The notes beneath the pieces are model-generated. The model was not told where the DNA came from. It made no database searches and worked only from the letters and a program-made list of their open reading frames with translations. A DNA stretch of 64,000 nt from Balanoglossus misakiensis. Taxonomy: Eukaryota; Animalia; Hemichordata. Positions 1 to 17,455 of the stretch are shown in pieces; the first letter of the stretch is position 1; each line of letters begins with the position of its first letter. Location: positions 7,279,808 to 7,343,807 of the forward strand of contig CM082585.2 in the NCBI GenBank assembly GCA_040954595.2. The letters run 5' to 3'. The translations under genes and the position numbers were made by a program.

Positions 1-28
1 CTCGAAAAGTTTAGTTTTTTTTCGATCA

Positions 29-1924
29 TTAATTGGTCTGGTTAAGTACTTTCACACAACCCATGTTACTATCTGCCACAACGACTCGAAGTTGACCGTC
101 GAGGACCACAGTGTCGATGCCGCGCGGGTCTTGGATGAAGTCGCCGTCGGCTCCGTCCACACGGTCCAGGAATGTGCCGTCGGGTCCGAGGATGAGGACC
201 CGGCGGTGGCTGGACACGAGGATGTTGTTGTGAGGGTCGCAGGTGATCGACCTCGGGGCCAGGATGTGGCCGTCGTCCAGACTGGAGGGTCCGAACTCGT
301 AGATGAATTCGCCGCTGGCGTCGAAGACGCAGATTCGATACTTTGACGTCTCGTCCTGGTCGGTGACGATCACTTGATTCCAGCCGTTCACGGCGATGTG
401 CTGCGGGTTCCTGAGTCTCCCCGGGCCGTCGCTGTGGTGGCCGATGTAGTGGAGGCATTTGCCGCTGAGGCTGAACACCACCACGCGGCACGCCTTGTTG
501 TCGACCACGTAAATCCTGCCGTCTTTGCCGGCGGCGATGCCGGCCGGGCTGCGCAGAGGCGAACCACCGCACCGTCGTTTGATGCGCCCTTCCATGGAGC
601 AGATGAAGACCCTCTTGCTGGTGAGATCCGTGATGCCGATTTCTTCTTCGTTGACGACGGTGATGTCGAAGGTGTTGACGGGCCAGGGTTTGTTCGACGT
701 GAAGCTCGGTCTGAAGTGCCTGAGAAACTCGCCCCTGGAGTTGAACACGTGCACCTGTTCGGTGCTGTCCACGACAAACATGGTACCCCTGCCGGAGACA
801 GCGATGGCGTGCGGATACTCTAAAGTTCTAGTCGTCCAGTTGTACGAGCACCAGAATTTATCGATTGTGAAAAGGACGCGGAACTTCGGAACGAACGTGG
901 ACTTTTTGCTGTTGGCACCGAGGAGGCCTGGAGACGGCGGGGGCTCGAGGTTCTTCTCCACGGCTATGGTGCCGATGTGAGTCGTGCTGAACTGGTTCAA
1001 GAACTCGTCATTGCTGGTAAACTTCAGCGAACAGGAAATTTCCGACACGGGAGTTTGGTCGTCCGTCTTCATCTCGAGCCGCTGGAAGTTCTCCCTGATG
1101 GCCTTCTCTCGCTGAATGAAATCAAGATCGCTGCTGCAGTTAAGAGTGCCGTCGACGAATTCTGACCAAGCCATCCACATCGGCAGCTGGGCTTTCTCTT
1201 TCTCCTCCTGATACAGGTTGAGAACTTCATCAAACTGCTCATCCAGCTCGTTCAGTAGTTTGATCTCATACTTCTGGACCAAGTCTATACTCAGGTCACA
1301 GTGACCCCGGATGTGACTGTCCGCTATGTCCTTGTCTTTGTCCAGTTGATCTTCCAGGGACTTGAGCGAGGTGACCTTCTGCTGCGCTCTCCAGACCTTG
1401 GTGTCCAGCTTGTCCCTAACGGTGAGCAGGCGCCGCCGTCTCTCCGCGCAGGCTTCCGTCAAGTCGATGACGTCGTGCCCCAGGTGCTCGGCCTCCGAGG
1501 AGCACTGCTGGCAGAGGGGCGTGGAGCAGGTCTCGCAGAAAACGATCATCTCGGCCCCCGCGTGGTGGGCACAAAACGGCGACGAAGGAATACTGGAGGT
1601 TGAATGGAGAGGGTGCAGGATGTCGAAGTTGGTCGGCGCCGCCTGCGCGTTATGCTCCTGGTGCATGCTGACGAGCTCAAGCAGATTTTTCGTCAAGAGA
1701 CTGTCCGGAAGGCCGTCGACTCCCTGACTGCTCAACTTCTGCTCGCAACGACAGATGGGACAGTGAAGCTTGCCCGACTTCTTCGACACCCACTTCTGCA
1801 GGCAGCCCGCGCAGAACACGTGCTGGCATGGCAACGACTTCGGGGAGGAATATCGCTCCCTGCACGTCGGGCAGCGAAGGAACTCGTCGTCCAATTCTTC
1901 AATGGGAATTGCGTTCGACGCCAT
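29..1924 (-). CDS. TRIM-NHL family E3 ubiquitin ligase (RING, B-box 2, coiled coil, NHL repeats; TRIM2/3-like architecture without filamin domain), single coding exon, 631 aa
   Basis: C3HC4 RING (CPTC..PCQHVFCAGC..CPIC), B-box (CAHH..FCETC..LCQQC..EH.GH), helical coiled-coil region, then NHL repeats (PHAIAVSGRGTMFVVD, PAGIAAGKDGRIYVVD, PQHIAVNGWNQVIVTD, PRGID..VVVAD). GC-rich third codon positions. A minus-strand acceptor (tttctcgttttcattacag, AG at 1968-1967) sits 42 nt above the ATG, implying an upstream non-coding exon. Confidence 0.93.
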   Translation of the reverse strand: MASNAIPIEELDDEFLRCPTCRERYSSPKSLPCQHVFCAGCLQKWVSKKSGKLHCPICRCEQKLSSQGVDGLPDSLLTKNLLELVSMHQEHNAQAAPTNFDILHPLHSTSSIPSSPFCAHHAGAEMIVFCETCSTPLCQQCSSEAEHLGHDVIDLTEACAERRRRLLTVRDKLDTKVWRAQQKVTSLKSLEDQLDKDKDIADSHIRGHCDLSIDLVQKYEIKLLNELDEQFDEVLNLYQEEKEKAQLPMWMAWSEFVDGTLNCSSDLDFIQREKAIRENFQRLEMKTDDQTPVSEISCSLKFTSNDEFLNQFSTTHIGTIAVEKNLEPPPSPGLLGANSKKSTFVPKFRVLFTIDKFWCSYNWTTRTLEYPHAIAVSGRGTMFVVDSTEQVHVFNSRGEFLRHFRPSFTSNKPWPVNTFDITVVNEEEIGITDLTSKRVFICSMEGRIKRRCGGSPLRSPAGIAAGKDGRIYVVDNKACRVVVFSLSGKCLHYIGHHSDGPGRLRNPQHIAVNGWNQVIVTDQDETSKYRICVFDASGEFIYEFGPSSLDDGHILAPRSITCDPHNNILVSSHRRVLILGPDGTFLDRVDGADGDFIQDPRGIDTVVLDGQLRVVVADSNMGCVKVLNQTN

Positions 1925-2941
1925 GATGAGTAGCTAGGTCCAGCTGTTAGCTGTGTTGTTCAGAAACTGTAATGAAAACGAGAAATATGATACCTTAAGT
2001 GGGTATAAGATAATGATGAGCTTGTCAGCACGAACAGCAAAGAAACCTCTCAAAAATAATAAAATGTAGTTGTTGTTGTTGTACACGCACTAAATCCACA
2101 TCCACGAATCACGACCACCTGTTGATGGCCGTCAATACATGTGTGCCAAAGTGAACTTTACGAAGGCAGCTACATTTCAATCGAATTTATTAAGCGTTTA
2201 CTGCATTGTGTGCTTTGGCGTGAACGTGCAGGATAAGTGATATACTGTATCTATGCTGAGTGCTACCTCTCTCGATCCGACCACCATCATTATTAATCGC
2301 TCAATACCATATATGGTATATGTCAATTAGAGGTTTGTGTTAATTCAAAATCCGTTCGGGTATCTATGTATCGAGACACAAGATCAAAAAATCATCGTTC
2401 TGTATAGGAGTTAGCTGTTTTGTGGATGTTTCCCCCCCCCCCTCTCCGATTTTCCCCCGACAAACAGCTAGACGAGTCACTATAGAAGTTCTCGCTTCAA
2501 TATGTCGGGCAAGTCGAAGCAATGGTTCGCAAAACACGGGTTTCAATCAGAAAAGGACAAATGAATAACACACGCACAAACGCCGCTGGCCAGTAGAGTA
2601 GAAAAATATCTTACAGTTTAAATTTTAAGTCGATATTTTTTCGGACGTTTTATGTCTTCTTCAACGGATATAACGCTCGATATATCTACGTCACAGCGGC
2701 ACTTTTGTAACAAAACACCTCGACTGGAACAGTAGATATATTGATTTGAAATCAATATGTAGAATGTCGCATAACTCCTCACAAACAACATGGGCAGGTA
2801 GCAACGGTTTATTGCACTATCGACCGGTCAATAGTAAACGAGGCTAGATTCCCTAGGCTTTCCAAAATTTAAAATTAATGAATAACGCACACAAGATTCG
2901 TTTAGTAATCACGATCATTATCGTGATCATTATGATCATGG

Positions 2942-3040
<99 letters not shown>
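2942..3040. repeat. (CAT)n trinucleotide microsatellite, about 33 units
   Basis: Directly visible perfect CAT run; it explains the poly-Met and poly-Ile ORFs in the track. Confidence 0.98.
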
Positions 3041-3199
3041 GTAGTGCATTAAGCAATGATTCTCTGACTGTCTGGTGTGATTTTAAAAAATGGACATGCG
3101 TTACAGAGTGTAGTAATTCCTAGAGGAATTCATACGATGATGTCGTCATCCTTTATGTGAAGTGTTTTCCCCCGAGTGTCCACGTGACCAAATGGTAAT

Positions 3200-4560
3200 T
3201 TGACCCACGCTCGTCAACTGTCAGGTAGGGATTTGTTGAAAGAGATCGGAAGAGCCGAAAAAGATTACCGGTGAGATTTGACATCCGTCAGCCTACGTGT
3301 CGAATAGCAAACCTACCAGGGTTTCGCAAACTTGCTTGAAAGTCTAGTTGACCTGCTCTCACGTTGAGTCACCAGCTTGATGTTGTACTTCTTTCCCGGT
3401 CAGGGAGATGATGAGTTAGGCTCGCCGAAATTTAAAACAGCAGGCGGCGTTGTGAAGTGCCTCTCTCCGGTTTTTCAGAAGTTCAACAGTTCACGCGCCT
3501 GCCTTGTGACGGACGACGTAAACGGCACGCACGGCGTATCAGTGATAATCGAGCGAAGCGCCTCTCCGGGAGGAGGAGGAGCGCTACTGTACACTATGCG
3601 CTTTCGCCGTCCGTGAACGATCAATTGCTCTGACGTCACTTCGCCCGATGTGGCCTTAGAAGCCGGATGATACAGGCCGTGGTTGTTTTCCTTTTTGCGG
3701 GCTATAGGTGATCGTCGTGGGAAAATTCAATCGACACCGATAAATCAACCGGTCACGCTGAGCAATCTCATCTGATGCACAATCCTTACGACCGCCGCTA
3801 AAAGAGGCCATTAGGATCTGCGGCGAATTTCATTACCTTAATAATTTTAAACAGTTCGATGGCTTAAAATCCTCAATGAAACATCTAGGTTAGCGACGGC
3901 AGCTTGCTGTTTTGCTGATTGGGAATCGGTGTATTTCGGATGATGTACTTTATGGTGGGGGAAAATATAGGTTATATGGATGTTCGAATTTCTGGAAGTA
4001 GGCCTAGGCGACTGCCGTATTACATGTAATAGGGTAGGATGTGCACATGCAAGGTTGTGTTCGTAACGAACACACTGACTCGTATTAAAATTTTAAGATC
4101 AACTCACCTGTGATTATGTCCCTGATAACATCTTGGTGGCTGTAGTCCATAGAACAAGGCTGTGACATCACAAACAAACTGTATAGGAACCGTGCAGACC
4201 TACGTTCTCTGAATACGTATTCACGGAGAGGACCCTGCGTGCATGAAACACTGTACTATTAAACTGACAATTACAAAAAAGGGTTTGTTCGAAGGCGACG
4301 TGTCACGACCATTCACCGGTCGACGTACTGACAGACTTAACGCGCGTGTGAGGTCACTGTCGCCAGGGCAACTGTCCCCTTCCATCCATGGCAGTGATGG
4401 CGGAGGCGAACGCAGGCACTGTTTCGGCGAGAAGTGAAATAATTGTCACAGCAGAAATTCTGCGTTGGCGGATCGTGCTGCCTTATAGATCTTGCTCGGC
4501 ACCCACCGCAGTCACGTGATATTACCCTTAATTAAGGTTGCGCATGTCAACCACAGATGG
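3200..4560. promoter_or_regulatory. CpG-rich intergenic segment, candidate promoter or 5' UTR exon region of the TRIM-NHL gene
   Basis: High CpG density relative to the introns, a CRE palindrome TGACGTCA at 3631-3638, E-boxes CACGTG near 3181 and 4513, and candidate minus-strand donors (e.g. cag|gtgagt near 4106). No convincing coding ORF. Confidence 0.35.
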
Positions 4561-5575
4561 CAGCCGGAAAAATTACACAAAATTAGCATATTAGCAAGCG
4601 TGATCCCACACCTCACTCATTAAATGCAGCTTATTCAGAGGATAAAATTTCGATTTAGACTTTTGTCACTCAAATGTCGTCATTCATGCCATATATCTTG
4701 AATACGTCAAAGCGAGCTGGTTCGATAAAATCGTTACACTTATTATATCATATTCGATATCGCATAGAACTTTGTGTGAATTTTATGCAATGGTAATTCT
4801 TCGCGTACTGTTGATTCCATTAATGTATTGAATTGATGTGCTTGGTAATGTTGGATGAAGTGGTGGATTTGCTTTGTATGGTTACAAGTACAGTAAGGCA
4901 CGGTACAGATACATATTAAAGGGCTATTCATTGCGCGAATAGAACTATCCATTAGCAAGTTTAAAGACCCCTGTTTGTTGATTTTGGCATTTCTATAGAT
5001 GCAAAACAATACATCTTGTACGTCTACGCACGGCTATAAGAACTGTATGGAGCGTTGCAGTGTTTTTTTCTATAAAACTTCTTTTCCTTGCAATGCATTG
5101 TCAAGTCCTTTTACTCCAACGTAAACCATTTCCATCTTACCACGGAGTAAATCAGATCGCAACGAGACACATTCCGCAGAAAATGTTTTTGCTTTGGGAT
5201 ATTGACAAACTGCCTTGCGGTTTCGCCACATCCGGGTATTTTTATTCCCTCCAGTGAATTTTTCTCGAATTTATTGTAAGACGTGATTGAAAGCCAGGCC
5301 TCTTGGCTATGAAACAACGCACAGCGAGAAATCGTGTGAATCGCCGGCCAACTGTAACAGACACGATCCATTGAACGTGTATTAATTAGCATCTTCGGAT
5401 CAGTTATATTGTCATCCGTTAGGTATCTGCTCTGTGTGTGTTCGTGTGCGTGACTGTGTTTTTTCTAAATAATCTTGAAACATTCAACATTCACGTCTTT
5501 GCTTTTCTTGTAAGCATGGGACGCCATGTTTTGTAATAAATTCTAGGGTGATGTAAATCTTCACTCAATATATGT

Positions 5576-5578
<3 letters not shown>

Positions 5579-5660
<82 letters not shown>

Positions 5661-5680
5661 TGGCGAGAGAGAGAGAGAGA
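5579..5680. repeat. (GA)n dinucleotide microsatellite with one interruption
   Basis: Perfect GA run 5579-5658, a short spacer, then GA run 5665-5680. Confidence 0.98.
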
Positions 5681-6348
5681 TATCCTGCATTTTTGTAAGT
5701 CTACAGACGCTTTGAAATGCGTAACTTGCCTTATTCACAGCCGTTGGCTAATCAGAATAAGTAGGGCACGGGGGACTACTTCGCTTTCATCCTAGCCTAT
5801 CGAGATCATTTCTCAGCATTAGCAGCGAATTCTAAAAAACAAAACGGTACGTGCAAATTCCTTCGCCGCGTCCGAGGAAAGTTACAGTACCCTTGATGAT
5901 TTTTTGGAGCACAATATGATGTGTCCATGGCAACGAACAGACAATGTAAGACTTCATAAAAAGATTATAATGTTTCCTGAGAACGAAAACTAATACGGAT
6001 GTCATTATCATTTTTGGATGTTATTTGATATTGCATTTATCGATCCGTTAATACTTCGTCCATATTCACTCGTTGGCATGGCATTGTACACGATTATCAA
6101 TAACACAGGTCACACAGTTTTATGGTGTACATGTTGTTCAGGGGCAGATGTCTCTAATTTTAATCGTTGATCTAGTTATCCAGAAAATTGATTTGCCTTG
6201 AACGACGTACGAAATGTAACTCATGCCAAACTAGGTCATATGCATGTGCATGTATATGTAAAATGAAACACCGTTGATTGTAATATTGCTTGATTTGTTG
6301 AAGTCAGATTAGAATTCCTTTTTAGTAAACCAACACCACTGCAATAAA

Positions 6349-6510
<162 letters not shown>

Positions 6511-7059
6511 TTGGATGTCTGTATGTCTATCGGTTAGCAACTTGTAATAATAATAAAACCTCACGACGTTGGATGGTATCACGTTTTAAGCCATAAAAGA
6601 TGGGGGCGCTGTTCTATTCAAGTACATGTACATTTATTACAGGTTACAATTACATTAAATTCTTTTGTTTACACCACATTAACTTTTGTGAGAACTTGAC
6701 TGGGACCAGGCTCAGGTAAATAACTCGGCATGTATTTACTAACTAAACAAAACAACACAAAGAAAACGAAACCCTACTTTCTATTTATTTTTTATATTCA
6801 TTGATGTACAAAATAAGCAAAGGAAAGCGATCAAAAATATTACATGTACAAACCATATATACAGTGGAGGAAGCAGTGGGAGTCCATTCAGAAACAAAGT
6901 GGTTTGAGAACTGACAAGCAAATTCATCAAACAAACGAATATTCAACAAACGAATATTCACTGAGCAGCTGAAGGTCAACGTTGAGCAACTGAAAGGTCA
7001 GCCAAGGCTATTCTATATCTAGAGAGTTGTGCTAGGGAGTCTTTGCCTATACTATATGT

Positions 7060-7225
7060 GCTAAGGCGCTTTTTAACGCGAAAGCGAGGCTACCGACGCC
7101 ATTTTGTTGTCTGTGCATTATACATGTGTGTTGCAGTATAGACGGCAGACGACCCTTTTCCTGAGACGGACACCGAATTTTACAGAAACCCTCGGAAACC
7201 ACCACTTCAAATTGCGACCGCCAGC
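7060..7225 (+). promoter_or_regulatory. PSMD1 core promoter / 5' UTR region
   Basis: CpG-containing stretch directly above the ATG with a YY1-type element CGCCATTTTG (7097-7106), typical of housekeeping transcription starts. ETS-like ACTTCCGG / CCGGAAGT motifs occur in intron 1 near 7525 and 7575. Confidence 0.5.
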
Positions 7226-13487
<6,262 letters not shown>

Positions 13488-13740
13488 GTGAGCGACGAGT
13501 TAGAGAGAGTTCATTGGTGAGTGTGGAGGGTGTTGCACAGAGCCAGTGTATAGAATGTGGCGAATTTATGGTATGCTGTGTTGTGTTGTGGCGCGTCATG
13601 TTGGAAGGGTGAGTTGATAATGTGACATGTGCAAGAGTGCAGTGAATGGCCAAGTTATGAAAGTAGTAGAGGCGGCTGATGTGGTTCAGTGGCTTGCATC
13701 AATAGTGTTGTGACAAGACCTGGTAAGACTACTACAGTAA

Positions 13741-13950
13741 CTGTAAAACAGGTTATTTTCGCGACAGGAAATTTTCGCGATCTCAAAAGAGGCAACTGTT
13801 ACGTGAGGATAATTTTTGGCGGTCTTGTATTTTACTAACTGCATCGTTATCTCCGAAAAACATTTGACAAGACTTTTTATTTTCATGTTTTTTTGCCTCT
13901 CGCGTATTTCGCGAAAATTGTATTGCTCTCGAAAATAACCCGTTTTACAG
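13741..13950. mobile_element. About 210 bp non-autonomous DNA transposon (MITE), TA-type
   Basis: Terminal inverted repeats ctgtaaaacaggttattttcg / cgaaaataacccgttttacag (21 bp, 1 mismatch); TA on the right flank. Confidence 0.75.
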
Positions 13951-14232
13951 TATGTCTTATATGTCTGTCATGAAGTCCAAACTTGCACATGAAGAACGGC
14001 AGATCACCAGTAGAAGAAACAGGTAGGAATGTAGCAGAGCTTTACAGTCATGTGAAACAATTACTGTATTATTACTCATGGTTAATCTGAAAACTAGACT
14101 GTTAGTTACTCAGGTCATATGTTGGGAGTTTCCCTAGCATTGGTGTTATGTACATGGTGGTAGTCCTCAACAGGCTTGATACACAAATACACAACATGTT
14201 TTAGGGTGTATAATATATACAGATATAATTTC

Positions 14233-14238
14233 TTTATT
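14233..14238 (-). terminator. Candidate polyadenylation signal of the proximal GPCR gene
   Basis: AATAAA on the minus strand about 430 nt past the stop codon at 14670. Confidence 0.4.
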
Positions 14239-14669
14239 CATATCAAAGGCAAGTTCGAAAATATAAAAGTATGTATTTTCAATTCAAACCATAAAGTTCA
14301 TCTTGACTGTCATTCAGGCAGTATTTTAAATTAAGTAGTCCCCTTTAGAGTATAATATGAAGTTCAAACCTGAATTACCAGGACCACTTAAATTATGGAA
14401 TATTAAGGTGATACTGTCTTCTTATCAAATTGGCTTGAGGGGTAGTGCACTCTGCAATGATGTGCTCAATAACATCAAGTTGAATTTGTGCTGTGATCCA
14501 ACTTGGCTGACTAGAGTTCATTTTGTTTTCACGTAATCACTGTAGAAAGCTCCTCAGTCAGTATTGTCAGTATTGTCACTTCAAGCATATAAACATCTTC
14601 TGTAAGAATTTAAAGACAACATAAATGTAGCACCATATAAAGAAGCGAAAGATTATTATTTAATATTTA

Positions 14670-17455
14670 TTATAATTTACAAGTAAGCAGTCTTTTGAAA
14701 GTGTCTCGGAACTGCTTGTTGAAGGTCGTATAGATAATTGGATTTAAACCAGAGGATACGTAACCAAGCCAGACACAAACGTCATAACTAGGATTGCTGA
14801 CGATCTTAACATTGCACATTGTACACACCGATCGTAGCACGTTTTGGATAAAGAAAGGCGTCCAACACACCAGAAATGTTAGCAAAACAAAAGTCAAAAC
14901 TCGTGCTGCTCTCTGTTCGTTTTGCGTCCCCCGCATCTTGCTTAAAAGATTGGACGGAGAAAGCCTGTTGATGCTTTTGTGTCGTGTTGACTTGAAACCT
15001 GTGCCGGCCGTCTTGGAGAATTTCTCCGATGATCCGAACAAGACTTTGCTGCTCTTCTGTGATTCGCTGCTGGATTTCTTCCATTTTCTCTGAGATATCT
15101 TGTTCATCCTCGGAGCCAGCCGCGGGGTTCCGTTGACGCTGACGTCAGAAGAGGTGTTTCCGTGGTTACTGCCGAGTGTGTCGACGCTCGGATGGTGGGT
15201 TAGATTTGGCCCTTGAGAACCGGCGTTGTCATGGTGATCCGGGTCGGTGTCACAGAGGTCAGAGCCCTGGCTGGGTGATTCACCCCTGCTTGAGGGACTC
15301 TTGGACAAAGCTCCTGGAATCTGCGCAGCATCGGCTGGGTTCGCTGTGATTGTAATCTGATAGAGATCTCTAGCACTGAGATCCGACTGAGGGTCAGCTG
15401 TGTCCTGGTTGATTGTAGCGCCTGGTGTGATGGCTGCTGCGTTGCCCGGGTAACTTTGAACGGTGCCTGCATCATCTATGGCACTGTCATGTCCTCCATC
15501 ACCATGGTTACTACTGACCGATGCTCGATCATGTGGTGGACTTGTAGCCGCGTCAGATGATGGTGTGGCGTTCTTGAAGTCGGTGTCATCGCTTCTTGAA
15601 CGTTGATCATGTGATGGACACGTGACTTGGCCAGCAGATCCGGGTGGTGTTTTCACACCAGACACTGTTCCGTTATCTGTGAGGTCAGTGTTTGGTGACC
15701 TTTGGTCACGTGACTGACCGGTGACTTGTGTGAAAGTCTCAGTGGATGTTGTCCGACTTGATTTTGCTACATTGTCTTTGACCTGTTCTTGAATTGCTTT
15801 ATTGTCTGTGCCAATGCCATTGCTCTTGTGCGCCGTATCGGATGCCTTGACTTCTGAATCTGCGCTCCCTCCGCGAACGACTTCATCTTCCACGTCGTAC
15901 TCCACGTCCAGGGCGGTCTTGGTGGTGAGCTCGTTGTCGGAGTCGACGCTCTCCAGGCGGCGGCGCGACTGCTGCTGCCGGTGCTGCCGCTTGTACATGG
16001 CCATGCGCTGCTTCAGCTCGCGCGTGGTGAGTCCGTGGCACACCATCATGATGGCCAGCGGCACGAAGAACGTGATCATGCTGCTGATCCCCATGAAGAG
16101 CCGGTTGTTCAGCATGCAGATCTCCCCCAGGAAGATGTTGCCGTGGTCCAGCAGGCCCAGCACGAACTGGGGCACGGCCACGGCGAAGCTGCCCATCCAG
16201 GAGAAGACGATCTTGACCACCAGCAGCCATTTGGAGCGGCGGAAGGTGTTGAACTTGAGGGGCTTGGTGATGGCGATGTAGCGGTCCACGGAAATGACCA
16301 GCAGATGAAAAATGGAAGCGCCGCAGAATAGCACGTCAGTTAGGATCCACAGATTACACGCCAGGGGACTAAGCGGCCAATATCCTGTTGATAAAATTAA
16401 GTGGAATAAAATAAATCTCATGAATACGCAGATGGGATAATCATGTTTTATCATAGTGAACAACACTGACTTTTTTTTTCAAACTCACTAATCAAAATTT
16501 TGTGTGACCAGATACTATATAGACTACAACAGAACCAAATGAACTAAAATTGATTGGCCGCAGAATAGGACGTCAGTTAGGATCCACAGATTACACGCGA
16601 GAGGACTGAACGGCCAATATCCTGTCGATAAAATTAAGTGGAATAAAATAAATCTCATGAATATGCAGATGGGATAATCATGTTTTATCATAGTGAACAA
16701 CACTGACTTTTTCTCAAACTCACTAATCAAAATTTTGTGTGACCAGATACTATTATTAATGAACTAAAATTCCTTGATTGGCAGGTGCCTGTAAAAAAGA
16801 CAAAATTCTATTCAACTGGTGACTTTCATCCAGGACTCAACAGATAACTACACACAGGCATGACCAGAAAAGGCACGCTTTAAATAACGTGTACCTGTTT
16901 GCGAAGGTTGAACAGACAAAATTGATCATGAAGTTGTCACTAAACACCACATATCTATCTGTGTTATGATTGTATGAACAAGCAGGTCGTAAATGCTAAT
17001 GATTTTATGGGGTGCAATCACCACACAAGGTGAGTGAGTACCTTTATGTGGGTGTGTCAACAGGGACAATGCTTACCATAGAAGTTAGGTAACAGAGCAA
17101 ACGGCATCACAACAAAGGCGACCATGAAGTCCGCGACGGCCAGCGACTGTAGCAGCTGATTGGTCGGGTTCTGTAGCTTCTTGTCGCGCGAGATGGCCAG
17201 GAACACCAGGACGTTGCTCGCCATGGTCCATACGATGAGCACCAGGACGATCGCCGTCGACCAGAGATTGGGGGTCAGGTCTTGCGGCGAAGGCTCTGTC
17301 GCATTGCCGGTGTCGTTACCCCACAGGCCACCAGTCGGATCAATGATCGTGACATTGTCCGATTCGCTGTACCGAAATCTTGACGTGGCAAGTTTGGTCA
17401 GTGCCAGGACGGTCGCGGCTGATAAGTCTGCCGTGGTGCGGTTTACGAAAGACAT
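14670..17455 (-). CDS. Divergent 5-HT2-like aminergic GPCR (gene A), 697 aa, exons 17455-17077 and 16384-14670
   Basis: Exon 1: glycosylated N-terminus (NRT, NVT, NDT, NAT), TM1, KKLQNPTN, SLAVADFMVAFVVMPF, donor TAT G|gtaagc. Exon 2: cag|GA TAT TGG, then YWP, DVLFCGASIFHL..SVDRY, FFVP, a very long ICL3, NEQRAARVL, CWTPFFIQN, WLGYVSSGLNPIIYTTFNKQFR. The NEQ.A..VL and WxGYxSS..NP.xYT.FNK signatures are 5-HT2-type. Lengths 379+1715 = 2094 nt, in frame. Confidence 0.9.
16320..16781. repeat. Tandem duplication, period about 237 bp, spanning the intron/exon-2 junction of GPCR gene A
   Basis: gccgcagaatag..gatccacagattacacgc..cggccaatatcctgt..gaccagatactat..gaactaaaat..tgattgg occurs from 16320 and again from 16557. 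Confidence 0.95.

Noticed and set aside
69-1933. Many overlapping ORFs on both strands over the TRIM gene
   Set aside because: Shadow ORFs produced by the GC-rich codon usage of the real CDS; no motifs.
2853-3123. Poly-Met and poly-Ile ORFs
   Set aside because: Translations of the (CAT)n microsatellite.
14670-14681. C-terminal CKL of gene A as a peroxisomal PTS1 signal
   Set aside because: It matches the pattern but is implausible for a 7TM receptor; more likely the palmitoylated Cys after helix 8.
16385-16466. ORF-track N-terminus MLFTMIKHDY.. of the 598 aa ORF
   Set aside because: Intronic read-through. The real N-terminus with TM1-TM2 is the exon at 17455-17077.
16524-16730. 68 aa GPCR-like ORF as a third receptor gene
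   Set aside because: It is only the second unit of the 237 bp tandem duplication.
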